Below, in pieces: positions 12,201 to 22,699 of a DNA stretch of 64,000 bases. The translations under genes and the position numbers were made by a program. Source of the DNA: Rebecca billardiae RCC1528 (Eukaryota > Protista > Haptophyta). Every line of letters starts with the position of its first letter. Within the stretch, counting starts at the first letter, position 1. The notes beneath the pieces are model-generated. The model had not been told where the DNA came from and did not search any database. It worked only from the letters and a program-made list of their open reading frames with translations. The stretch spans positions 3,844,001 through 3,908,000 of the forward strand of contig OZ251225.1 in NCBI GenBank assembly GCA_965240325.2, read 5' to 3'.

Positions 12201-15200
12201 CGGTGCCGACGACGTGGCAAGTGCTCGTCGACGCGCTGCGCGACGAGGCGACCGCGCTGCGCCTCGTCGAGAGCGGCGTCGACAGCGTCGACGGCGGCGG
12301 CGGCGGCGGAGCGCGCAAGCGCGGCGGGCCGGGCAGCGGCCTGCTCGCCGCCGTCGGGCTCGGCGGCGGTGGCGGCGGTGGCGCTCGGACCGGCTTGGAC
12401 GGCAGCGGCGGCGGCGGCGGCGGCGCCGCCGCAGAGCACGGCGCCGAGCACGGCGGCGCGCCCGACTCTGCGTGGTACGTGATGAGCCGGCGCTCCGCGG
12501 TGTGCGTGCTCGTGCACCGCGCGTTCCTCGGCCTCGTGGTCTGGGACGCGCTCGTCGGGCCGATGTCGCTCGCGTACATCGACTGCTTCGCGCGGATGCC
12601 GTGGCTGTTCTACGTGAACTTTGGGATCGACGCGTGCTACCTCGTGCGCATCGGCCTGCAGTTCTTCACCTCCTTCGTCAACGAGAAGTCCGTCGAGGTG
12701 TTCGCCCCCGCGGAGATCTGGCGGCACTACCTGCAGCGCGACTTTGCGGGCGACGTGTTCGCGTGCTGGCCGCACGACAAGCTGGCGTGGCTGCTCGGCG
12801 CGGGCCCTTTCGTGCAGCTCTCGCTGCGGCTGCTGCGGTACGTGAACGTGCGGTACGTGCTGCGCGCGTGGGGCGCGTGGAAGCGCGGCCTCTCCCAGGC
12901 CGACTTTGCGAGCGGGCTAGTGCGCAACATTGCGCCGCTGCTCTGCACCATGCACTACTCCGCGTGCGTGGCCAACGTGCTCGGCTACTCCGACCTCGCG
13001 CAGCGGCTGGCGTACACGACGTGGGCGGACACGTACGACCGCGAGCGCGACGCGCTGCTGCGCGGCAGCTCGAGCGAGTACGGCAGCCCCGAGGCCGAGC
13101 TCACCCATCACTACCTGACGGCGGTCTTCCTGGTGCTCTCGCTCATCACCGGGCTGGGGCTCGCGCAGCTGCCCGCCAACTACGCGGAGGCGCTCGCGTT
13201 CGTGCTGCTCGGCGTGACGAACATGACGATCTACGCGTGGGCGGTCGGCGGGATCTCCGGGCTGGTGATGAAGCAGGACGACGAGATCGTGGGCAAGCGC
13301 GCGCAGCTCGAGCTCGTCACCGCGTACGTGCGGCACATCCACGCGCCCGCCGAGCTGAAGGAGCGGATGGTGCGCTTTTTCCAGCACCGGCTGCAGACCA
13401 CCTCGCTCTCGTCCGTCGACGCGGAGCAGATCTACACGGGGCTGCCCGTGCCGCTGCAGATGGAGGTGGCGACGCACACCAACCGCGCGCTCGTCACCGG
13501 CTGCCTGCTGCTGCGCGGCTGCGCCGCCGGCTTCCTCGACCGGCTCTCGGCCGCGCTGCGCGAGCGCGAGCTCGACGCGGAGGCGGTGGTCTTCCGCGCG
13601 GGCGAGGCGTGCAAGGAGCTGCTGCTCATCGCGTCGGGCGTGGTCGAGCTGCTCGACGAGGGCGCGGAGGGCGCGGAGGAGGGCGGCGAGGGCGGGCTCG
13701 AGCTGATGGGGCCGGGCGACACGCTCGGCGAGGTGCCCTTCATCTTCTCGATCCGGCACTTCAAGACGGCGCGCGTGGGGCAGGAGAAGAAGGCCGTGAC
13801 GTTCAGCCTCTCGCAGGAGCAGTTCAGGGAGCTGCTCAAGGCGTTCCCCTCGCAGGAGGACGTGCTGATGGACAACGCGATGCGCAGGCACGACGGTGCG
13901 CGCGCCGCGCCCGCGCGCCGCGCGCGACCGACCGTGCCGCCCACGCGCGCGCCGCGCGCGCGTGCGCCCCCCCGAGCGAGCAGGCATGTCGGGCGCTAGG
14001 TCGGTCCGCTCGGGCAAGTCAGCCGCGTCCAAGCGCGCCGCGTCCGAGGCGGGCAGGTCGGAGATGGCCAAGTCGGGCGCGGGCGGCGCCAAGTCGGAGG
14101 TGGACGCCGGGCCGGTGACGGGCGTGGACGCGCTGCACAAGGTGCGCCCCACGCGCCGTGCCTCGCGCCGGGCCTCGCGAGCGCGCGCGCGTGCGTGGCC
14201 GAGCGCGGCCCCGCCGCCTCGACGGCTCACGGCCGGATGCGCCCCGCCCCGCCCCGCCCTGCCCTGCCACCGCCCGCCCCCTCGCGCGGCTCGGCGCCGT
14301 GCCGCTGCCCGCGCGCAGATCCTGACCGAGGCGAAGCGCAAGCGCGAGGAGCTGCTCCACTCGCGGCTGTGCACCGCGTGCGCCAAGGGCGACCTGGAGA
14401 AGGTGCGCCGGCTGCTCTCGGGCCGCGCGTCCGACGTGGACCATGGCGACTTTGGCGGCCGGCGCGTGCTGCACCTGGCCGCGTGCGGCGGCGAGCCGCG
14501 CGTGATCGAGCTGCTGCTGGCGCAGAAGGCGGACGTCAACGTGGAGGACGCGCACGGCTGCACGCCGCTCGACGCCGCGCTGATGGCCGACCAGGAGGCC
14601 GCCGCGGCGCTGCTCGCCAGGCACGGCGGCCGGCCGGGCTCGCGCGACGTCTCCGACCACGTGTGCACCGCGGCCGGCGACGCGGACGGCGGGCGCGACC
14701 TCGCGCGGCTCTGCCAGTACGGCGGGAACGTGAACGCGACGTCGAGCGAGGGGCGCACCGCGCTGCACGTCGCCGCGTCCGAGGGGCGCGCCGCCAACGT
14801 GCGCACGCTCCTCGAGCTGCGCGCGGACATCAACGCGCGCGACGCGCGCGGCTCGACGCCGCTGCAGGACGCGCTGCTCAGCCGTCAGGACGAGGTGTGC
14901 GCGCTGCTGCTGCAGAGCGGCGCCGCGCTCGGCGAGCTCGACGTGGCCAAGGCGCTGAACACGGCCGCGGCGGCGAACGACACGGCCCACCTCGGCCGGC
15001 TGCTCCGCTTCCGCTGCGACGTCAACGCGCAGGACGGCGTCGGCCGCTGCGCGCTGCACCTCGCGAGCGCGTCGCGCTGCGTGAACGCGGCCAGCCTGCT
15101 GCTCGACGCGGAGGGCGTGGCCGTGAACGCAGAGGACGCGCACGGCAACACCGCGCTGGACGACGCGCTGCGCGAGGGGTGCGCGGAGCAGCGCGTGCTC

Positions 15201-15927
15201 GTCGCGCTGCTCGAGTCGCGCGGCGCCAGGCCGGGCTCGCACGCCAAGCGCGCGCAGCTCGTCGAGCGCCACTCGGACGTGGAGGAGCGCCGAGAGCGGC
15301 AGATGGCCGACACGATCCAAGCGCGCGACGCGACGCTCGGCCACGCGACCGAGCTCTCGGCCTGGCTCGCTGAGGAGCGCGCCGCGGTCTCGGAGTTCAG
15401 GGCGCAGCTCGACGCGGCGGTGCGGCTGCAGCGCGAGCACGGCGCCGTGCTCGCCGACGAGCTGCCCGAGCTGTGGGCGCAGGTGTACGCGTACGCCGAG
15501 GGCTTCTTCGACTGGCGCGACGACGCCGCGTCGGACGTGCGGCGCGTCGTCGAGCGCATGGCCGCCGACACGACCGACTTTGCGCTCATCTCCGCGCACA
15601 AGCTGCTCGCCAAGGTGCGCCGCGCGCCGCCCAGCGCGGCCGCGCACGCGGCGCAGCATCGCGCGCGCGCCGCGAGGCTGCTGGCCGATCCCACCACCAC
15701 CACCGCGCGAGCGTCCCACTGCGCGCGTGTGCGCGCACGCGGCCCGTCGCCCGCCTTGGCGCCCACCCGTCGACGCTGCGGCCGCTGCGCAGATGGACGA
15801 CATGCTGGAGATCGCGAGGAACGAGGCCAAGCCGCTCGAGCGGCTGTACGAGGTCACGTTCCGCAAACCCTACAAGTCATCGCACAGCGGCCCGGACGGC
15901 AAGCCGCCTTGGAACCCGAATGCGTGA
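6290..15927 (+). CDS. Giant tandem two-repeat Shaker/AKT-SKOR-like cation channel: 2x(6TM pore + C-linker + cNMP-binding-homology domain + ankyrin repeats) with central EF-hand, ~3,064 aa. Exons 6290-13895, 13984-14141, 14319-15614, 15793-15927
   Basis: Repeat 1: S4 VVRCLRVRQL, pore LTSMGYGT (7370-7390), cNBD GEVAFFVGIQQPYTV, ankyrins (YDLRTPLHLAA, YDGRTALHVAA, YDRRTALHYAV). EF loop DADDSGVVHMRD (~10859-10894). Repeat 2: S4 LRLLRYVNVR, pore LITGLGLA, cNBD GEVPFIFSIRHFKTARV, ankyrins (GRRVLHLAA, GRTALHVAA, GRCALHLAS). Three GTGCGC..CAG introns restore one continuous frame. Confidence 0.9.
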
Positions 15928-16060
15928 GCATTTGCGCTCGGTGCAGCGCTGGGAGAGCGAGACGCCAGGGAGTCGGCGGAGGCTTCATTGACACTACGAC
16001 AGCAGTGTCGTCATCGGATCGAGCTATAGATCGATCGTCGTCAGCGCTAAGCATCAGCGC

Positions 16061-17490
16061 AGCACCTTGAATGACCCCAGTGGGCGGAAATGGCCATATC
16101 TCCCGGAGATTGCGTTTACTGACGTACGTCAGTAAAGTTTCGTCGGGATTTTCAGCAATTTCATTGGAGGAGGGTGCCTCACTCTATTGTCCAAACTTGC
16201 ATTTTCGGGATGTGAAGCTGTAAGTGTTTCGCCTTGCGGAGTAGCGCAGCCGCCAATCCGTCCAATGGGAAGCCAGCTCGGGCTTCGCTCAATGAAAAAT
16301 GATCACATCGGCTCCCGCGAGCCCCAATAGGAAATAGATGCTCGCTCCGTTCCACTTCGTCGGTATCTCGCCGTCTCGTGGTGGGCGAGGGGCGGAGCTG
16401 AGTGGTTGGGGCTGCGGCGCGGACTGCGATGCTGGGCTGCTGACGTTCTCCGCGCGGGATATCTGAGGGGCACGCGAGCTGTATGTAGGGCACGCCTTGC
16501 AAACAATCTCCCCGCTGTACGTGCAGGTCATGCTAGCGTCCTCCGCGCCAAAAAAACCTGCTTGTTCTTGCGCGAGGCCCGAGTCCGCGGCACGGTCGCT
16601 GCTCGCCGCAAGCTGGCACGCGTCAGCGTCTACACATTCACGATTCGGTGGTCATCGTGCGCCTGAGGACGGGGGCGATCTACTGAGTGCGCTGCTAGAT
16701 GAGCAGGCCCGCGTAAGGTTAGATCACCCTGCTCCTCACGCCTTGCGCGCACCTTGGGTTGCTTCCGTCACGCCGTTGAGGCGCTTCACGTCGCACGGGT
16801 CGGCGTAAGCTGTGTGTGTGATGCAAGCAGACGTCTTCCAAGCCTGGCTTGTACCCGATGGGAGAGCATACTTCTATCGCCTTCAGCCACCACCTTCTCC
16901 GGCGTTCGACGCCCACACTACATGCGACCACAGCCATACGCAGCTCGTCGGGACTCGTCTCCGTTAGCTTGTCGATGTGCAAACGCCAAGGCCTGTGACA
17001 CGCAGGGAAGACTGATTCGCCATGGCATTTGTGCACTGCGTGAAGCATTGACACCCGCGCACGTTCGCCAGGTAGATTTGCGGGAGCAGAGCGTGCTTTT
17101 CTGCAAGGAATCGCACACGTATCACAGAAGTTCAGCAGTCGCGGGCTCGGACTGAAGATCTCTGCACCGTCGCCTGGCCGTGAGTGACAGGAACAGGCGA
17201 GGAGCTCCCACGGTGCTGGCGCACAACATGCCGTGACAGCGGGGGGCACACACATGGCGCGTGCGCTGACACAACCGCGCGGACGACCGGGCTAGGCGCC
17301 ACTGATCGGCCGCCCTCGTGCAAGGCACCGGCGGACTTCGCGGCCGGAACGCCATCGGGACAGCCGTCCCTCGTTTCGGCCGCCAGATAGTCTTTCGCCT
17401 TTTTCAAAACTCTAAACATTGACTGGCCAAGTAACTCTGAGATTCGCAATCGTGCGGCCAAAAACGGGGCTGGGGGGCAGTCAAGGTGCT
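16061..17490. mobile_element. Putative degenerate TIR-bounded insertion (DNA transposon relic)
   Basis: Left end AGCACCTTGAATGACCCCAG vs reverse complement of right end AGCACCTTGACTGCCCCCCAG (10-bp perfect, then imperfect). The interior is visibly lower in GC than the flanking genes and has only broken ORFs. No TSD found. Confidence 0.4.
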
Positions 17491-18022
17491 ATTTATTACT
17501 CAATTCAGACTGAATCAGACTCTGCTCACAGCCGCACGGCTCAAGCTGATGCTTATCATTATGGCCTCCGATGAGTCCGAGTATGCATGACTACTTATAA
17601 TGAGGCTGCTGTAGCTTATTATTATAATATATATATATATTTAATTTTATAGTAGCGGTATCGTCACGCTGACACTGATGATCATGACGCCATGACGCCC
17701 ATGTGGCATGTCCATGATGATCAGATCACGCGACGACTTGGCGCAGCTGTCAGCCTGCGCTGCTCGTAGTAGTCGTCGCTGACTGCCGCCGCTGAGCAAC
17801 GGAGGGCCGCATTGCAGTCATCATAGTAAATTAGTAAGCGCCGCCTCCGGCAGTGTCAGCATTACCGACTGACGCCGAGTCGGCCGACGGCGGACGGGCC
17901 TCGCTCGTGCCTCGAGTGGTCCACATATGATCACCGTTCGCCAGACGCTGTTGCGATGGCGGATCTGGTAGTGCCGCCCGAAGTTGTGCCGCCTGGCAAC
18001 TGGGTGTGCGAGCGCATGCCGC

Positions 18023-18451
18023 CTAGGCGTCCTCCGTCGAGTTCGCCTTGGCACCTCCTGCCGCCGGCCCCTTGCGTGTGGGGACCGCCTCCTCCACAAA
18101 CTTGAGCTCATCGGCGAGGAACTGGAGCACTTTCGGCGGGGCGTAGGCCCGCACAGCCTGCAAAATGTCTTTGTACTGGACCTGCTTGCGCCTGTCAGCC
18201 GTGGTGACGGCGGCCGTCTCATCGGCGAGCAACTCAAGAAAGCACTCAGCCGCCTTATTCATGAGCACGCTTGCCTCACGACTGACGAGGCTGACATCGA
18301 GCTTCTCCGTCTTCATGATCCGCTGCACGCGGCTGAGGGGGAAGCTCAGCTCGACACCCGCCTCTGGGTCAGCCTCATCGACATCTTCTTCCGCGGGTGT
18401 ACTCGGTTCACGCCGTTTCGGCTCGCCCCCACGTACGCGCTTGCCCGCCAT
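18023..18451 (-). CDS. H2A-like histone-fold protein (POLE4/DPB3 or CHRAC1/NF-YC-like)
   Basis: FPLSRVQRIMK..DVSLVSREASVLMNKAAECFLELLA...RRKQVQYKDILQAV...QFLAD is the CBFD_NFYB_HMF/H2A-like signature. ATG at 18451. Confidence 0.85.
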   Translation of the reverse strand: MAGKRVRGGEPKRREPSTPAEEDVDEADPEAGVELSFPLSRVQRIMKTEKLDVSLVSREASVLMNKAAECFLELLADETAAVTTADRRKQVQYKDILQAVRAYAPPKVLQFLADELKFVEEAVPTRKGPAAGGAKANSTEDA

Positions 18452-18865
18452 CGTTCGCGCGCCGAGCGCGCCAGTGCAAGGGCGATCCTGGGCTCCCCGG
18501 CCTTCCAACCGCCGCGTTGTTGCAAAATATTTATTGGCGGCCCAGCCAGTATTTTTGACGAATGGCGCATTTCGACATGGTTCAGAAGTCTTGAAACGAC
18601 GTTTCGGTCGGCGAATATGATCATGGCCGACAATGCCCGTGTCCGATCATTACTAGACGTGGTTAATGCCATATGTAGCCGCAATGATTTTTATCGAGTC
18701 GTAGGCTCGTAGCAGCTAGGGCTAAACCACATGATTTGAGGAAATCGCAGCCGCCGAAAAGTACTATTTCGTCATATGGAGACATGTGGCCGACGAATAA
18801 TGAATCGGATCGATCATTTTTGTTGGCGCCTTTTCGCTCGCCCCGTGGCGGTCGCCTCGCCCGTG

Positions 18866-20971
18866 ATGGACGAGCTGCCGGACGCAGCCTTGCTGGCGGT
18901 GGTTGCCGGGGCGGCCGCGGTGGTGACGTGCGTGCTGATCTGCTGTGTGGCCGCGTGCCGGCGTGCGCTCATTGCCTCGGCCTCCTCGCGTGGGCTCGAG
19001 GCGCGGATGCAGGGCGTGTCCGCCGCCGACGCAGAGTACGTGTTCACCGACACGCAGCGAGCGCTCGCTCGGCTGGAAGCGCTGGTCATCGACGCGGAGC
19101 ACCGGCTCCTGGGCAAGCTGCTCCTTGGCGACGTGCTCGGTGCGCTCCGCGAGCAAGTCGACGATCTCTTCCTCGCGCTGCGCGAGGAGCAGGACGCCGA
19201 GGCTCGCGGCGCGTGGAGCTCGCCGATGCGCCAGCAGCAGGAGCAGTCGTCGGACGCGTTCGCTGCGAACTGGTTCAAGCTCGGGCTGGGCAGGGCGCAG
19301 TACGAGGAGTCGTTCCACGGCGTCGTCCCGCGCACCGGCTCGGCGGACGAGATCTTCCCGTCGGACTCCGCGTCGCAGGCGGGCGACGCGCCGCCCACGC
19401 TGAACAGGGTCGCCTCTGTGCAGGCGCGCATAGCCAACATGTCGGGCGAGCTGCTCGAGTACATCCGCTCAGGGTTCGACGACTGGGACTTCGACCTGAG
19501 CCGTATGCGCAGCTGGTGCGCCGACGTGGGCATCCCGCCGCTCATCGCGATCACCGCGGCCATCCACTCCGGCAGCGGCTCGCGCACGCTGCAGCGGCTG
19601 CTCGGCACAGACGAGCGCTCGCTCTTTGCCTTCATGTCGCGCGTGGTCGAGCTGTACCGCGGGCTGCCGTACCACTCGGAGATGCACGCGTGCGACGTGA
19701 TGCACGCGGCGATGGCGATGCACCGCGGCCTCTGCGGCCGCGGCGCGCCGGCGCACGAGCGCGCGACCATGATCGTCGCCGCAGTCGTGCACGACCTGAA
19801 CCACCCCGGCGTGAACAACGCCTTCATGGTCGAGACGGCGGCCATGCTGGCCGTGCGGTACAACGACGTGAGCGTGCTCGAGAACTACCACGTGAGCCTC
19901 GCGTTCAAGGTGATGATGGGGCTCGACCGCGCCGGCGCGTCCAACGACCCGCCCAACCCGCTCGCCCAGCTCGACAAGGCCGTGTTCAAGCGCGTGCGCG
20001 CGGACACGGTCTCGCTCGTGCTCGCGACCGCGTTTGAAAACCACTTCAGCCACATCGCCAACCTCAAGGCGCGCGCCAAGCCGCACGCGCCGGGCGGCGC
20101 GGCGCCGGACGAGAAGGCGCGCGAGGAGGAGCGGCTGATGCTGCTCAAGATGTGCATGAAGGCCGCCGACATCGGCCACCCCGCCAAGCAGTGGGCGTGG
20201 CACCTCGACAGCGCGCGGCGCGCGTGCGCCGAGTTCTTCCACCAGGGCGAGTGCGAGGCGCGCTTCGGCCTGCCCGTCTCGCCGCTCAACAACGCGGCGG
20301 AGTGCAAGATCGCCAAGGCGCAGACCGGGTTCCTCGAGTTCATGGTGAAGCCCGCCTTCGACGTGCTCGCGCTCTACGCCGAGCACTGCCCCGCCCAGCT
20401 CGACGACGGCGCGCGCGAGTGGCTCAAGCTGCCGACCGAGCGGCTCGAGCAGAACATCCTGCGGTGGAAGGAGATGGGCGACGACGAGTCGGAGGACGTC
20501 AAGAAGCAGATCCTCGCAATCGAGATCGCGCACCCGTTCGACCCGAACTGGTTCGCGGAGCTCGAGATGGCCGAGTGGGCCATGGCCTCGAGGCGCAACA
20601 CGGGCTCCGACGTCGGCTCGGCGCACAGCGCCGCCTCCAACCGCAGCCTCCCGCACAGCCCCTCGCGCCGCCAATCCAAGTCGGCGGCCGAGTCGCCCGC
20701 GAGCCGGGCTGGCAAGCGCAACTTTGGCGGCGCGATGGGGCGGTTCGCGCGGCACAGCGGCGTCAACGGCAGGCGACCACCGCCCGTGATGCCTCCATTG
20801 GCGCGCAGGGCCTCTTCGCCGATCGCGAGGTCGCCATCGAACAGCTTCAACAGCAGGCCGCCCATCAGCTTCAGCAGGGCGAGCAGGACCGACTCGATCC
20901 GGGAGTCGGGGCCAATGCCGCCCGACGGCGCCAGCGACGCTCACCCGCTCACGGCGACGCAGCAGGTATGA
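18866..20971 (+). CDS. Class I 3',5'-cyclic nucleotide phosphodiesterase with N-terminal membrane anchor
   Basis: YHSEMHACDV, HDLNHPGVNNAF, LAVRYNDVSVLENYH, KAADIGHPAK, EFFHQG and the invariant Gln in KAQTGF. N-terminal hydrophobic helix ALLAVVAGAAAVVTCVLICCVAAC. An in-frame upstream ATG exists at 18776. Confidence 0.93.
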   Translation: MDELPDAALLAVVAGAAAVVTCVLICCVAACRRALIASASSRGLEARMQGVSAADAEYVFTDTQRALARLEALVIDAEHRLLGKLLLGDVLGALREQVDDLFLALREEQDAEARGAWSSPMRQQQEQSSDAFAANWFKLGLGRAQYEESFHGVVPRTGSADEIFPSDSASQAGDAPPTLNRVASVQARIANMSGELLEYIRSGFDDWDFDLSRMRSWCADVGIPPLIAITAAIHSGSGSRTLQRLLGTDERSLFAFMSRVVELYRGLPYHSEMHACDVMHAAMAMHRGLCGRGAPAHERATMIVAAVVHDLNHPGVNNAFMVETAAMLAVRYNDVSVLENYHVSLAFKVMMGLDRAGASNDPPNPLAQLDKAVFKRVRADTVSLVLATAFENHFSHIANLKARAKPHAPGGAAPDEKAREEERLMLLKMCMKAADIGHPAKQWAWHLDSARRACAEFFHQGECEARFGLPVSPLNNAAECKIAKAQTGFLEFMVKPAFDVLALYAEHCPAQLDDGAREWLKLPTERLEQNILRWKEMGDDESEDVKKQILAIEIAHPFDPNWFAELEMAEWAMASRRNTGSDVGSAHSAASNRSLPHSPSRRQSKSAAESPASRAGKRNFGGAMGRFARHSGVNGRRPPPVMPPLARRASSPIARSPSNSFNSRPPISFSRASRTDSIRESGPMPPDGASDAHPLTATQQV

Positions 20972-21853
20972 CGCTGCTAAGCCTATGGAGCGGGAGTCGG
21001 TCGACGCGCGAGATCGGAGATTCTGACGACTACGATGCGATGTTGATAGATGCGCTATATATAATGGCCCGCGGTGCAGGGCGGAGCGCGCAGCGTGGAG
21101 CCCGCACCAGCGGGCCCGAACCACCGTTTCAAAAAGATCTTTGATATCAAAGAAAAAAGGGACGGGGCGGTGTTTTCCACAGTGGGGACCGAGTTTCGAT
21201 TATTTTTTGAGACCTCCTTACACATGTCGATTAAGCGTCGAAAAAGGTCGCGCCCGCCGTCTTGAATAGTGAACAGAGGATGAATCCACGAAACCCACGC
21301 CCAAGTGTGCCAGGCTGGGTAAATTTTGTGGGTAGACTCTCGTTCATGACGTGTGATAGTTTGCCTCCGCCTTGATGAACTATGAACTTGGCTTCGCGGC
21401 GGTTGGTATCTAGAGTCTAAAACCCGCAAGCCTTATTGAAAATACCCGCGCAGCTATTCGTTGCCAGCCCATTCCATAGTCACTGACTTACCGAGCTGGC
21501 GAGCTCAAAACCTGCCGCCGTCGCAAGCACGTGCGCAGGTTTCTTCGGGGGTGGCGTAAGCGAGCCGCGACGACTCAAAAAGAGATTGGTCCAAGGACTC
21601 CAAGGGGGCGCTCGATGGGCAGGTGCGCGTGGCGAGTGCCGAGTGGCGCCTGGAGCGCGCGTCTGCGGCGGGTCCCGACGGCCGTCGACATCGCGTTCGT
21701 GCCCGCTCACTAGTCACTCCGCACGCCCCTGCCGCGCCCTGTCGATGCCTGCGCGGCCGGCCGCGCGGCCGCGCCGCCGCCGCCGCAGCCGCCGCCCTGT
21801 GTTCGGGCTCTCGCAAGCTCGGGGGCAGCGGCGCATGATGCCGGACTGATCGA

Positions 21854-22635
21854 TCTCTGAGTCTCCGACTTCACCACACGCCCCCCTTGCCATGCCTCTC
21901 CGCCAGGGTCTCCCAGAACTCTTCTTCAGAGCAGGCGCAAGTCGAACTGGCCGCGGCCCCGGCGCCGTCGGCTCCCCGTGGCTGTCAGTCAGCTCTGCGT
22001 GGCCTGGGCGCCTGGCGTGCCCAGAGCTGGCCGTGCCTCTGCGACGCGTGCCGAGCCTGACCGAGGTGTGTCACCCCGTGCACGCGCGGCGCGCGCAAGC
22101 ACCGGTGCTGCATGGCTGCTCGCACCGTGCTCCCTGGCTCGGTCAGTCAGCTCAGGCCGCGTGGGCCTGGTGTGCACGTAGAGTCGCGCTCATGCCGCAT
22201 GCGTCGCTCACGCCTCGCGCCCGCCTGTCGGCCGTCGCGCAGGCGCGCAGGTCGAACCCTACTGACCTGCAGATCATCTACTCCTGCGCTGCTGGCGTCG
22301 CGGCGACGACGGTCAGCGGCAGGCCCGAACGAACGGTCGAATGCGCGGTCCCGCGCCGTCGGCTGACGGCTCCCTGGCTGTCAGTCAGTCAGCTCCGCCG
22401 GTGGCCTGGCGTGCAAGAGTCGCGCTCGTGCGTCGATCACGCCGAGTCGCATCCGCCTGTCGGCCGTCGCGCACGCGCAGGGGGTCAGGTAAGGGCCGTC
22501 TGTGACGAGGGCAGCTCGGCCGACGACCGACATCCACACTCGGCGCACGCCAGCCGCCGACGCGCCCGCGCCCGGCCGGCCGGCCGGGCCGGCGGCGGCG
22601 CGGCGCTGGGCGGCGCGCCGCTGGATGGAGTCTAG
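21854..22635 (+). mobile_element. Possible non-autonomous Helitron-like element
   Basis: GC hairpin 22595-22621 (GCGGCGCG/CGCGCCGC stem), 10 nt spacer, then CTAG|T at 22632-22636. Internal degenerate repeats. The 5' A|TC boundary at 21853/21854 is a guess. Confidence 0.3.
21941..22480 (+). repeat. Three degenerate ~145-159 bp direct repeats, each GT...AG bounded (21941-22099, 22105-22250, 22336-22480)
   Basis: Shared core GCTCCC(G)TGGCT(G/CGG)TCAGTCAGCTC...GGCCTGG.GTGC. Units 2 and 3 share AGAGTCGCGCTC...TCACGCC...CCGCCTGTCGGCCGTCGCGCA...CGCGCAG. Confidence 0.7.
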
Positions 22636-22699
22636 TTACGTACGGGACGATTGCGACGGAGGGTGCACCGCCACCGCGGGCCCCGAACTAACGTCTTAA

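Noticed and set aside
6320-12579. Very long antisense or alternate-frame ORFs (6320-11995, 9700-12579; likewise 25966-29127, 31092-35639, 39904-43242)
   Set aside because: Shadow ORFs caused by extreme GC content and few stop codons. They are Arg/Ala/Gly-rich with no motifs and overlap well-supported genes.
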